Positions 9,076 through 18,187 of a DNA stretch of 64,000 nucleotides are shown piece by piece. How positions within the stretch are numbered: the stretch's first letter is position 1; the number at the start of each line of letters is the position of its first letter. This DNA comes from Methanosuratincolales archaeon. GTDB taxonomy: Archaea; Thermoproteota; Methanomethylicia; Methanomethylicales; Methanomethylicaceae. The stretch spans positions 10,174-74,173 of the forward strand of contig JACIVQ010000001.1 in the NCBI GenBank assembly GCA_014361445.1, written 5' to 3'. The notes under the pieces are model-generated. The model saw nothing but the letters and a program-made list of their open reading frames with translations. It did no database searches and was not told the origin of the DNA. A program made the position numbers and the translations under genes.

Positions 9076-9088
9076 TGGATTTACCCCC

Positions 9089-10126
9089 TTACCTCCTTCC
9101 TCCCATTGTCAGTGCCATAATGCCCTTCTGTCCGTGTAGCCTGTTCTCAGCCTCGTCCACCGAGACAGACCATCTGTTGGAGAAGATCACTTCGGGTTCC
9201 ACTTCATAGCCAACATCGGCAGGTAGGCAGTGCATCCAGATGCTGTTCTTGCGAGTCCTGTCCATAAGCTCGGGCGTAGTCTTCCAAGCAGCGAGGTTGT
9301 GGGTCCTCTTGTACTCCTCGTGGAGCTTCTCGTCGTAGCCCCCAGCCTTCAGGAGCTCCCAGCTGCACCATCCCTTCGGATAGACCACGAGAGCGTCCTC
9401 GAATGCCTCTTCCATGCTGTGGACTATCTCGAACTTCGTGCCGTACTGGTCGGCGAGCTTTTTAGTATACTCCTCGACAGCAGGGTCCAGGTTGAATTTC
9501 TCTGGGTATGCTAGAGTGACGTCCATCTGGAGGAGTCTTGTGAAGAAGATTATGTTTGTCTGGGGGACTGCCACCGGCTTCCATGCGCCAGGGCTGTTGG
9601 CATAGCACATAACAAACTTCTTTCCTCTTAGGCTCCTGGCATTATATTTCTCTATCACAGTCATGATATCCGCGACGCCTTGACATGGGTGCCACATATC
9701 GCACTCCATATTAATCACAGGTACGGTTGAGGCCTTGGCGTACTCCCTCATTGTGAGGTTGCCCTCTCCGTAGTACTGACCCTTCACGTATCTCCTTATG
9801 GCTATACCGTCGCACATCCTGCTCATGATGGCGGCGGTCTCATAGATGGTTTCACCATGGGTTATCTGTAGCTTTCCGGGGTCCAAATCGTATGCTACGC
9901 CTCCAAGCTGAGTAATCCCTGTAATAAAGGACGACCTAGTTCTCGTGGAAGGGTTGAAGAACAACGTAAATAGCGACTTCCCTTTGCAGATGTTGTCGTG
10001 TCGCTGTCCCATTGCATATTGCCTTTTTAGGTCGAAGGAGACATCCAATACTGTCCAAAGCTCTTCGTCACTCCATTCTATCTCGGGAGCTATCCAGTGT
10101 TTCCCATGGAGTTCTGTTTTTACCAA
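9089..10126 (-). CDS. Knotted-type carbamoyltransferase (AOTCase/YgeW-like branch of the OTCase/ATCase family)
   Basis: FFNPSTRTRSSF, HPCQGVAD, YPKGW, HCLPAD, EAENRLH; lacks the OTCase DxxxSMG loop. Likely start is TTG at 10126 after GGAGGG. Confidence 0.88.
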   Translation of the reverse strand: MVKTELHGKHWIAPEIEWSDEELWTVLDVSFDLKRQYAMGQRHDNICKGKSLFTLFFNPSTRTRSSFITGITQLGGVAYDLDPGKLQITHGETIYETAAIMSRMCDGIAIRRYVKGQYYGEGNLTMREYAKASTVPVINMECDMWHPCQGVADIMTVIEKYNARSLRGKKFVMCYANSPGAWKPVAVPQTNIIFFTRLLQMDVTLAYPEKFNLDPAVEEYTKKLADQYGTKFEIVHSMEEAFEDALVVYPKGWCSWELLKAGGYDEKLHEEYKRTHNLAAWKTTPELMDRTRKNSIWMHCLPADVGYEVEPEVIFSNRWSVSVDEAENRLHGQKGIMALTMGGRR

Positions 10127-10224
10127 ATATCTCCCTCCGAGTTTTTGCTGGAATTGGGTATAAATTTTTGGTTTAATAATGCTTTCGCGAGGGTTAGAGG
10201 AAACTATCACAAACAAAAAAGAGG

Positions 10225-11604
10225 TTAGTTTAAGGGCTGGTACTTTCCTCTTGGGACGAACTTGCCCGTGCCCTTCTTGCCGACAAACTCCCTGTTGTAT
10301 ACGACGGGTTTGCCCCTCACAAAGACATGAATAGGCATACCCTTGACTTTGACCCCCTCGTATATGGAGTAGTCGATCCTCGAGTGGAGGTTCTCCTGGC
10401 TCAGCTCCATCTCGAAGTCTGGGTCGAAGACGACTATGTCTGCATCGCTGCCCACGTTCAGCGTGCCCTTCCTTGGATATAAACCGAAGAGCTTTGCCGG
10501 GTTGTAAGAGACCACCTCTACGAGCTTATTCAAGGATATCCTGTTCTTGGAAACGCCTTCGCTGTAGAGTATAGGGATCATGGTCTCTGTGCCAGGAACA
10601 CCGTTAGGAACCTTGGTGAAGTTGTCTTTCCCAAGGTCCTTCTGGGCGTCTGTGAATGTGCAGTGATCGGTTGCGACTGTGCTCAGCGTGCCATTTGCGA
10701 GCCCCTCCCAGAGGGCTTCGTTGTCTGCTTTACCCCTCAAAGGAGGCGACATTATATACCGCCTCCCCTTCGGCGATAGGTATTTCTCGTCGGTGAGTAT
10801 GAGGTAGTGGGGGCACGTCTCCCCATACAGGTTCGAATAGAGCTTCTTCATCCTTGAGAGCTCGGCTACGCCCTCCTTTGTAGACATGTGCACGATGTAA
10901 AGGTTCCCCCCGGCGGCTGCTGCCAGCGCCAGACCCCTGTGGACAGCCTCGCCCTCAACGAAGTTCGGTCTGCTCTTTGCGTGGTACTCCGCGGATAGCT
11001 TTCCCAAGGAGACATATCGCTCTATTAGGAGTTCCAGAACAGAGTTGTTCTCGGCATGTAGCTGGACCAAGAACCCGAGTCTTCGGCTCTCTTCCAACAT
11101 CCTGTATATCCTGCCATCGTCGCTCATCAGACCCTCCTTTCTGTATGGCATGAAGAGCTTGAAGCTTGAGACCCCAGCCTCGAGGACCTTGGGGATCTCT
11201 TTGACCAGGTCTTCCGTTAAGTTTGTCACAGCCACGTGGATCCCATAATCCACAACCACTTTGGGGTCAGCCTTGCCCCTCCAGAGGGATATGGTCTCCA
11301 AGAATGTTTTGTCCTTCGGCTGTATCGCGAAGTCCAGAATTGTGGTAACACCACCAAAAGCTGCTGCAATTGTGCCGTACTCAAAGTCGTCGACTGTAGT
11401 GGTTCCCATGAAAGGCATTTCCATGTGGGTGTGGGCGTCTATGCCCCCAGGCATAACATACTTGCCTGAGGCGTCCACGACCTCCTGCGCCTTTTCAGTG
11501 ATGTTTGAGGCGATTGCCACTATCTTGCCGTCTTTCACTCCGATGTCTGCTTTGAAGGTGTCCTTTGGGGTTACAATGGTTCCGTTCTTTATTAATAAGT
11601 CCAT
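10225..11604 (-). CDS. hydA: Dihydropyrimidinase / D-hydantoinase
   Basis: PGGIDAHTHM, SSFKLFM (carboxylated Lys), HAEN, VHMS, ETCPHYL, SPPLR, TDHCTF, PNGVPG. Confidence 0.94.
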   Translation of the reverse strand: MDLLIKNGTIVTPKDTFKADIGVKDGKIVAIASNITEKAQEVVDASGKYVMPGGIDAHTHMEMPFMGTTTVDDFEYGTIAAAFGGVTTILDFAIQPKDKTFLETISLWRGKADPKVVVDYGIHVAVTNLTEDLVKEIPKVLEAGVSSFKLFMPYRKEGLMSDDGRIYRMLEESRRLGFLVQLHAENNSVLELLIERYVSLGKLSAEYHAKSRPNFVEGEAVHRGLALAAAAGGNLYIVHMSTKEGVAELSRMKKLYSNLYGETCPHYLILTDEKYLSPKGRRYIMSPPLRGKADNEALWEGLANGTLSTVATDHCTFTDAQKDLGKDNFTKVPNGVPGTETMIPILYSEGVSKNRISLNKLVEVVSYNPAKLFGLYPRKGTLNVGSDADIVVFDPDFEMELSQENLHSRIDYSIYEGVKVKGMPIHVFVRGKPVVYNREFVGKKGTGKFVPRGKYQPLN

Positions 11605-11653
11605 TATAAAGCCTCCAATATTAATATAGAAAAAGTGTTGTTTAAACGCTTGC

Positions 11654-12862
11654 CTATTTTGTGACTTTCTTCCATGTTATGCATCCAGGCACAGGGCATA
11701 GATGCGTACAGAGGGAGCATGCGTCGCACTTCTCCTCGTCGACCTCGGCGGCTTTTCCTTGCTCGAACTTTATCGCCTGGTACCCGCCATCGCGACATGC
11801 CACGTAGCAGAGACCGCACTTTATGCAAAGGTCCTTGTTGATGCTGGCAACGACCGTGTAGTCCTTGTTGAGCTTCGACCAAGCGGTCAGTTTGGGGAGG
11901 CTCTTCCCGATGATCTCGTTAACCGAGGAGAAGCCTTTGTCAGCAAGGTAGTTGGTGAGACCGTCAACGAAGTCGGAAATTATCCGGTAGCCCCTCCACA
12001 TCACCGCGGTGCAGACTTGGACGCTGCCTGCACCCACGAGGAGGTATTCAACAGCATCCTTCCAAGTAGTTATTCCACCTATCCCAGAGACGGGGATGTT
12101 AGTTGCCTGAGCTATCTGGGCGACGCACCTTAGTCCAATCGGCTTGACGCCTGGTCCCGATAGACCGCCGAAGGTGCTCATCCCGTCGACGGTGGGTATC
12201 GGCTCAAATGTATCTATGTTGATGCCTATTAGACCGAGTACAGTGTTTATGGCAGAGATGGCATCGGCTCCGGCTTCCTCTGCAGCCTTGGCGGTGTAGG
12301 CGATGTCTGTGACGTTCGGTGTTAGTTTCACCATTACAGGGACCGAGGATCCGCGCTTTGCTGCCTTTGTGAGCTTTTGGATGAGCTCGGTCCTTTGCCC
12401 GATGAAGGCGCCCATCCCCCGTTCAGGCATCCCGTGTGGGCAGCCGAAGTTCAGCTCAATCATATCCACGCCCGCCTCGCTCACGACCCTGGCAAGCTCC
12501 TCCCAGTCCTCCTCCTTGCACTCGGCCATGATGCTCCCTATGAGCGCCTTCTCGGGGAACTTTTTCTTGATCTCTTTGATCTCCTTCACCCATGTGCCGA
12601 CGGGCCTCTTTGAGACCTCTTCGATGTTTTCGAAGAGTATCATCTGCTTCGTCTCGAAGCCCATCACGCCAAACCTGTTCTTTAGATCGTAGACAGGGGT
12701 CTTGTCTGGCTTTATGGTCTTGGTGACAGCTCCAGCCCAACCAGCCTCGAATGCCCTCATTATCATCTCGCCAGTGCATGTAGGTGGCGCCGATGAGAGC
12801 ATGTATGGGTTCTCCAGCTCAAGGTTGCAGAATTTTACGGATATATCTGGTTTTGAAACCAT
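11654..12862 (-). CDS. preA: Dihydropyrimidine dehydrogenase subunit PreA (FMN domain plus C-terminal 2x[4Fe-4S])
   Basis: NPYMLSSAPPT, GWAGAVTKT, ELNFGCPHGM, KLTPNVTDI, SAINT, CIKCGLCYVAC, CDACSLCTHLCP. Confidence 0.95.
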   Translation of the reverse strand: MVSKPDISVKFCNLELENPYMLSSAPPTCTGEMIMRAFEAGWAGAVTKTIKPDKTPVYDLKNRFGVMGFETKQMILFENIEEVSKRPVGTWVKEIKEIKKKFPEKALIGSIMAECKEEDWEELARVVSEAGVDMIELNFGCPHGMPERGMGAFIGQRTELIQKLTKAAKRGSSVPVMVKLTPNVTDIAYTAKAAEEAGADAISAINTVLGLIGINIDTFEPIPTVDGMSTFGGLSGPGVKPIGLRCVAQIAQATNIPVSGIGGITTWKDAVEYLLVGAGSVQVCTAVMWRGYRIISDFVDGLTNYLADKGFSSVNEIIGKSLPKLTAWSKLNKDYTVVASINKDLCIKCGLCYVACRDGGYQAIKFEQGKAAEVDEEKCDACSLCTHLCPVPGCITWKKVTK

Positions 12863-12883
12863 ATTTTCTCACTTCCATAACTA

Positions 12884-14245
12884 CTATTTCTTTGAACTCT
12901 TACCTCCGGAGAGGAACTTGTCAATGGCAGCTGCAGCCTTCTTACCCTCAGCCACAGCCTCAACGACGGTCTCGCCGCCGTTTACGGCGTCGCCGCCCGC
13001 AAATATGCCCTTTATGGATGTGGAGAAGTTCTCGTCCACAACGATCAGCCCTTTCTCTGTCTTGACGCCATAGGACTTTAGAAGGTCTTCGTCCGGCTTC
13101 TGCCCTATCGCAACTATAACCGAGTCCACATCCAGGCGGAACTCCGAGCCCTTTATGGACCTTACGCCCCTCCTCCCAGAGGAGTCTGGCTCGGTGAGCT
13201 CCATCTTAACGCACTCAATCGCTTTGACGCTCTTGTCTCCTATTATCCGGACCGGGGCTGTGAGTAAGAGGAACTCCACGCCCTCCTCCCTCGCTTGGTT
13301 CCTGCCGTAGGGTACTGCGGGCATCTCGGCGAAGGATCTCCTGTAGACGATGTAGACCCTTTCGGCACCGAGCCTCACAGAGGCACAGGCTGCGTCTATG
13401 GCGGTGTCTCCGCCGCCTATCACGGCGACCCGCTTTCCCTTGAGGTCGGGCGCCTTCCCCTCTCCCATCAACCATTTTGCCACAGATTGTAGGAATTCCT
13501 GTGCGGGGTAAACACCATTTAGCTCCTCGCCGGGTATCCCGAGCTTCTGGGACTTTGTTGCGCCCACGCCAACGAAGACAGCGTCATACTCCTTAAGAAG
13601 TGGCTTTAGGTCGGTAATTTTCCTGTTTGTGACGAAATTAATGCCATACTCCTTTATGAGATCGATCTCAGACTCGGGAACAGACCAGGGTGCCTTCCAA
13701 GGAAGGATGCCGTAGAGCAGAAGGCCTCCGGGTCTTGGGTTTGCATCGAAGACCGTGACGCTGTAGCCCATTCGGGCGAGCTCGTATGCTGCCGAGAGAC
13801 CGGCGGGACCAGCACCCACAACTGCAACCTTCTTGTCCTTGGATCGTGATTTCGGGAATTTCACGAGACCCTTGAGCTTCTCTTTCTCGTAGGCGAACCT
13901 CTGGAGCATAGATATAGCCACAGGCTCCTCGTTCAAGTTCCTCCTTACGCACTTGGACTCGCAGAGGCGCTCAACTGGACAGACGTAGCCGCATTCCCCT
14001 CCTAAGATGTTGCTCTCGCGTATGACTTTGGCAGCCCCATAGAAGTTTCCAGTTTTTATGCGGTATATGAACTCGGGGATGTTGATCCCAGCTGGGCAAG
14101 CCGAGATGCACGGAGCGTCGAAGCACATAAGGCACCTTGAGGCTTCGTACACAGCAAGCCTGTCGTCGAGGTTTGAGACGTATGGAGCGAAGCCAGAGAT
14201 CCTCTCATGCGGAGGAATAGTTTTAGTATGGACTCTACCTGACAT
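12884..14245 (-). CDS. preT: Dihydropyrimidine dehydrogenase subunit PreT (GltD-like FAD/Fe-S)
   Basis: EASRCLMCFDAPCISACP, CGYVCPVERLCE, GAGPAGLS, IGGGDTAIDAA, AGGD; immediately upstream of preA. Confidence 0.9.
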   Translation of the reverse strand: MSGRVHTKTIPPHERISGFAPYVSNLDDRLAVYEASRCLMCFDAPCISACPAGINIPEFIYRIKTGNFYGAAKVIRESNILGGECGYVCPVERLCESKCVRRNLNEEPVAISMLQRFAYEKEKLKGLVKFPKSRSKDKKVAVVGAGPAGLSAAYELARMGYSVTVFDANPRPGGLLLYGILPWKAPWSVPESEIDLIKEYGINFVTNRKITDLKPLLKEYDAVFVGVGATKSQKLGIPGEELNGVYPAQEFLQSVAKWLMGEGKAPDLKGKRVAVIGGGDTAIDAACASVRLGAERVYIVYRRSFAEMPAVPYGRNQAREEGVEFLLLTAPVRIIGDKSVKAIECVKMELTEPDSSGRRGVRSIKGSEFRLDVDSVIVAIGQKPDEDLLKSYGVKTEKGLIVVDENFSTSIKGIFAGGDAVNGGETVVEAVAEGKKAAAAIDKFLSGGKSSKK

Positions 14246-14311
14246 AGAACTCGCTCCTTAGAGGATTAACGATTAATAAGGGGTTTTAATTAAGGCTTTC
14301 GTGATAGAATT

Positions 14312-15001
14312 ATGAATTGTCCAAAGAGAATGGTCGTTAAGGGAATCGTGTTCGATCTTGACGGTACATTAGTAGACTCTATAGATTCTATTTGGAAGGC
14401 TTCTGAATATGTACTAAAGATTAACGGTTACCGCGGGATAGACCGCCAGGATGTGGTAGAGGCCATGGGCAAGACCATATTTGACTTATTTTTGAGGGTC
14501 GAGCCAGGTCTGAGTCATAAGGAGCAGCAGAAGCTATTCGAGGACTACAGGAGAGTCTATATGGATTTCATAGCGCATACGAGACTGATCCCCAGGGTTA
14601 AGGAAACCTTGGCAGTTTTGAGGGGGAGAAGGTTAAAGATGGCGGTCGTCACAACAAAGAGCAAGCAGAATGCTGAGAAGATCCTTTCGTTTTTTGGCAT
14701 AAGGGGCTTCTTTGATGTGGTTATAGGCTTCGAGGATGTGAAGGAGCATAAGCCTTCCATAGAGCCAATAATAAGGGCGGCAGAAGGGCTTAACCTCCAA
14801 GCCTCAGAGTTGGTTGTTGTCGGCGACACTCACATAGACGTCAAAGCTGGGAGGGAGGCAGGCGCATTAACAGTTGCGGTTAAAACTGGCGTGACGCCCC
14901 TGGAGAGGATTACGGCGGAGAGACCAGACTTTTTGATCGATGATGTCTCCAGTCTACCTGAGGTGTTGGAGCAGAATGGGCTCATCAGTATCGGGGACTG
15001 A
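14312..15001 (+). CDS. HAD-superfamily phosphatase (Gph/PpaX-like)
   Basis: FDLDGTLVDS, VVTTK, HKPS, VGDTHIDV. Confidence 0.9.
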   Translation: MNCPKRMVVKGIVFDLDGTLVDSIDSIWKASEYVLKINGYRGIDRQDVVEAMGKTIFDLFLRVEPGLSHKEQQKLFEDYRRVYMDFIAHTRLIPRVKETLAVLRGRRLKMAVVTTKSKQNAEKILSFFGIRGFFDVVIGFEDVKEHKPSIEPIIRAAEGLNLQASELVVVGDTHIDVKAGREAGALTVAVKTGVTPLERITAERPDFLIDDVSSLPEVLEQNGLISIGD

Positions 15002-16280
15002 TGTTCTTTAGGATCTCGTCGAACACCTCAACAGCGGTGTCAATATGCTCACGGGTCAGAACTAATGGTGGCTCTATTCTTATGACGTTCCCCTCCAAAC
15101 CTCCGAGGCCCACAAGTATCTTTTTCTTCCACGCCTCTTGCAAGAATCTTACGGCTTCCTCCCTTGCTGGCACCTTTGTGGATCTCTCTTTAACGAGCTC
15201 GACCCCTAAGAAGAGACCGACGCCTCTCACGTCTCCTACAATCTCGTATCTCTCCTGCAGCGATTCCAGCCTGCGCTTGAAGTATGCGCCGTTCTCTTTT
15301 ACCTTATCCATGAGCCCACTTGTCAGCTCTTCCAGAACGGCCTCTGCGGCAGCGCATGCGAGAGCATTCCCGCCCAGCGTGGAGTAGTGCTCCCCTGGTC
15401 TGAGGGCAGAGTCGAGCTCTTCTCTGTAGATGGTCACACCGAGTGGAAGACCGTTTGCTATAGCCTTCGATGTGGTCATCACGTCTGGTACAACCCCATA
15501 GTGCTCAATCCCCCAAAGCTTGCCGGTCCGACCATTCCCAGACTGGACTTCGTCCGCAATGAAAAGTATGGAGTACCTGTCCAGCACCCGCTTAACCTCC
15601 TTAAAATAATCAGAGGGGGGTATGATCATGCCACCATTAGCTAGCATGGGTTCCGCTAAAAGTGCAGAGATAGAGTCCCCTCCAACCTCGCATTTAATTA
15701 CGTCTTCCATGTACTTTACGCAGGCGAATCCGCATTCAGGACAGCTTTTGTGGCCGAGCGGGCACCTGTAGCAATAAGGATCAGGCGCAAACACCACTGG
15801 CGCGAATGGACCAAGCCCAACCTTCCAGTTTGACTGCCCCAACGCACTCATGGCGTAAAACGTCCTGCCGTGAAAAGACCGGTGGAGTGCCATTATGTAG
15901 GGTCTTTTCTTGACGCGCTTAACGAGGGAGATTGCGGTCTCGTTTGCCTCTGATCCGCTATTCGTGAAGAAGGTCTTGGTGAGTGCGCCCCCGGGGGAGA
16001 GTTCGGAGAGCCTCTTTGCAAGTTTTGCCGTGTACTCCAAGTAGTATAGTGAAGAAGTGTGGAACAACTTTTGCATCTGAGCTTGAACTGCCTTGATTAC
16101 TCTTTGGTTCGACCATCCCACATTAACTATGGAGACGCCAGCGTATAGGTCAATATAGGCCTCCCCCTCGATAGAGTAAACGATGTCGTCAACAGCCCTG
16201 TCCGGGACAAAGGGGTAGTAATGCCTGTACATGCGCGAGAGGTATCGGTCGGAGAGGTCGATTACATCTTTAGGGTTCAT
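14985..16280 (-). CDS. Class III PLP aminotransferase (omega-amino acid / beta-alanine type)
   Basis: NSGSEANETA, SFHGRT, FIADEVQSGNGRTG, TTSKAIANG, STLGGN, VRGVGL. Confidence 0.9.
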   Translation of the reverse strand: MNPKDVIDLSDRYLSRMYRHYYPFVPDRAVDDIVYSIEGEAYIDLYAGVSIVNVGWSNQRVIKAVQAQMQKLFHTSSLYYLEYTAKLAKRLSELSPGGALTKTFFTNSGSEANETAISLVKRVKKRPYIMALHRSFHGRTFYAMSALGQSNWKVGLGPFAPVVFAPDPYCYRCPLGHKSCPECGFACVKYMEDVIKCEVGGDSISALLAEPMLANGGMIIPPSDYFKEVKRVLDRYSILFIADEVQSGNGRTGKLWGIEHYGVVPDVMTTSKAIANGLPLGVTIYREELDSALRPGEHYSTLGGNALACAAAEAVLEELTSGLMDKVKENGAYFKRRLESLQERYEIVGDVRGVGLFLGVELVKERSTKVPAREEAVRFLQEAWKKKILVGLGGLEGNVIRIEPPLVLTREHIDTAVEVFDEILKNISPRY

Positions 16281-16336
16281 AAAACCACTCAGGGATAAAA
16301 AAAGTGCATGGATCTATAAATAATGATTTGGGGGGC

Positions 16337-16681
16337 TCATTTGGGAGGCGCATTGACGGCGATGAGCCAGAGAGGGGTCTTTCCGATGTTCTTTATGGAG
16401 TGTGGAACGTTTGGTGGGAAGACCAGCGCGTTTCCTGTCTTAACCTTGTACTCCTCGTTTCCTATGGTGACCAGCGCCCTCCCCTTCAATATGTAGTAAG
16501 CCTGTTCGAAGGGATGGGTGTGGGGGTCTGCCCTCCCGCCCACCTCAAACTCTGACCTGAACATGGAGAGGTTTTTGCACCCCACGTTAGCTTCCTCCAG
16601 CAGGACTCTAGTGATACATCCGTAGTGTAGTGGGGGCACGAAGGTCCGTGCTTCTTTAGGATCTATAACACGCTTCGTCAT
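16337..16681 (-). CDS. Cupin-domain protein
   Basis: HTHPFEQAYYILKG ... PPNVPHS metal-binding cupin motifs. Confidence 0.88.
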   Translation of the reverse strand: MTKRVIDPKEARTFVPPLHYGCITRVLLEEANVGCKNLSMFRSEFEVGGRADPHTHPFEQAYYILKGRALVTIGNEEYKVKTGNALVFPPNVPHSIKNIGKTPLWLIAVNAPPK

Positions 16682-16834
16682 TTAACACACCTAGAAGTAT
16701 ATGGGACCGTTAAGGCTTAAATAAGTGTTTGTAGGCAGATTGAAAAATTTATCATTTTTATCCTCATTCTCAATTTTTGTTTTTGTTTTCGCTGTCGTCA
16801 TAACTGATTTTTGGTTTTTCGATTGTTCAAGTTC

Positions 16835-17605
16835 TCAAAGCGGAATGATGGCCCTTATGTTGGAGTAGGTGATCATTTGGATGTCTCTTCCACTCACCCC
16901 TGTGCGATCAAGATAGTGTGCGACCCGCGGGAGTGAGAGGGGATCCGAAGGCCTATTTCCGATGTCACTGTTGAGGACAATACCTTCTGGACCGTTCTTG
17001 AGGATAACTTCGTGGACGTCTTTTGGGGTGAGTTTACCAGGCTGAACCGTGAGCCCCGCATTGGCGCCTATGGCCCTAACCCTTTCCACAAGGTTCGGGG
17101 TAAGGTGGTCTATTATCACCCGTGCGGGGTCTACATTTTCAGATTCGATTATTGAAATTAACTTCTCCAAGATCTTTTCCTTGTTGTTCCTTGGCGTGTG
17201 CATGATCATGGGTACGGGGTACTCGTTGGCGATCCGGATCTGCTGGGTCAAGACAAACTCCTCTTCTTGGCTGCCAGTCTCGAGGCCCACCTCGCCCAGT
17301 GCGGAGGCTTTTTCGTTGTCAAAGAGTGCTAGGATGTGGTCCAAGACGGCCTTTAGGTCCGCTTCTGGAATTGACCTTGGGTGGATCCCGACAGCAACCC
17401 TTGAGCTTATCCCGTACGAGCTGAGCCTCATCGGCTCCTCTTCCATTACCCAACGGAATAGGTCTTGTAAAGTCGAGAATCCGGATGGCTGAACTGGGAA
17501 AAAAGAGCAGATAATTACGCCCTCCACGCCAGATACTGACATTAGCTCAAGGTCTTCTGGACCCCTAAGGTAAGTGTGGGTATGAGAGTCGATGAACCTC
17601 AACAC
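16835..17605 (-). CDS. TatD-related TIM-barrel metallohydrolase
   Basis: IDSHTH, VGIHPR, GEVGLE, MHTPR, IIDH, LNSD. Start moved to GTG/TTG at about 17605; the upstream extension is repeat-derived. Confidence 0.85.
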   Translation of the reverse strand: MLRFIDSHTHTYLRGPEDLELMSVSGVEGVIICSFFPVQPSGFSTLQDLFRWVMEEEPMRLSSYGISSRVAVGIHPRSIPEADLKAVLDHILALFDNEKASALGEVGLETGSQEEEFVLTQQIRIANEYPVPMIMHTPRNNKEKILEKLISIIESENVDPARVIIDHLTPNLVERVRAIGANAGLTVQPGKLTPKDVHEVILKNGPEGIVLNSDIGNRPSDPLSLPRVAHYLDRTGVSGRDIQMITYSNIRAIIPL

Positions 17606-17661
17606 GCCCACCCCCACAAAAGGTTGAGTTGCCGTTTTAGTGCTGGATCTATCATGGTTTT

Positions 17662-17696
17662 GGTTTTTATCTCGGTTTTTATCTCGGTTTTTATCT
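17662..17696. repeat. 12-bp tandem repeat (GGTTTTTATCTC) x about 3
   Basis: Copies at 17662-17673, 17674-17685 and 17686-17696 (last one partial). Confidence 0.9.
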
Positions 17697-17722
17697 AATT
17701 CCAATTTAATCCAATCTTTGAT

Positions 17723-18142
17723 TTAGAGGTATTTCTTTATCTCGGCTTCAAGTCCACTTGCTCCAACCGCGCCGACGAGTCGCCCAACTTCCCTGCCGTT
17801 CTTGAAGAAGACAAATGTTGGTATCCCATAAATCCCAAGCCTTTGAGGAACCTCGAGATTCTCATCAACATTCACTTTTGCCATAAGTACCTTACCTTCG
17901 TACTTTCTGGCAAGTTGTTCAAATATTGGTGCCATTATCATGCAAGGTCCACACCATGATGCCCAGAAGTCTACGACCACCAATTTATCGGTAGTGGAAA
18001 CGAAGGAATCAAATGTTTGATCGTTAAGCTCCACATAACTATGGCTCATTTTCTTCTCACCACCAGTATATTTCTTAGCCATAATCTCTGAGAGTTTTCT
18101 GGCTTTTATTCTTTCAAGCTCGTCATCAAAACTCTCGGACAT
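17723..18142 (-). CDS. trxA: Thioredoxin with archaeal N-terminal helix
   Basis: VDFWASWCGPC, IPTF; N-terminal DDELERIKARKL. Confidence 0.93.
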   Translation of the reverse strand: MSESFDDELERIKARKLSEIMAKKYTGGEKKMSHSYVELNDQTFDSFVSTTDKLVVVDFWASWCGPCMIMAPIFEQLARKYEGKVLMAKVNVDENLEVPQRLGIYGIPTFVFFKNGREVGRLVGAVGASGLEAEIKKYL

Positions 18143-18187
18143 AGGCTTTCAGGCTCCTTTTTAGGTCGAGGCATATTTATTTTTCTC

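Noticed and set aside
9089-10216. Calling the carbamoyltransferase argF/arcB of an arginine deiminase pathway
   Set aside because: It lacks the ornithine-binding SMG loop, no arginine deiminase is in the window, and it sits in the preTA-hydA operon. The ORF-track start at 10216 also runs through the promoter.
12884-14245. Glutamate synthase small subunit gltD or sulfide dehydrogenase
   Set aside because: Same family, but direct adjacency to preA and hydA favours PreT
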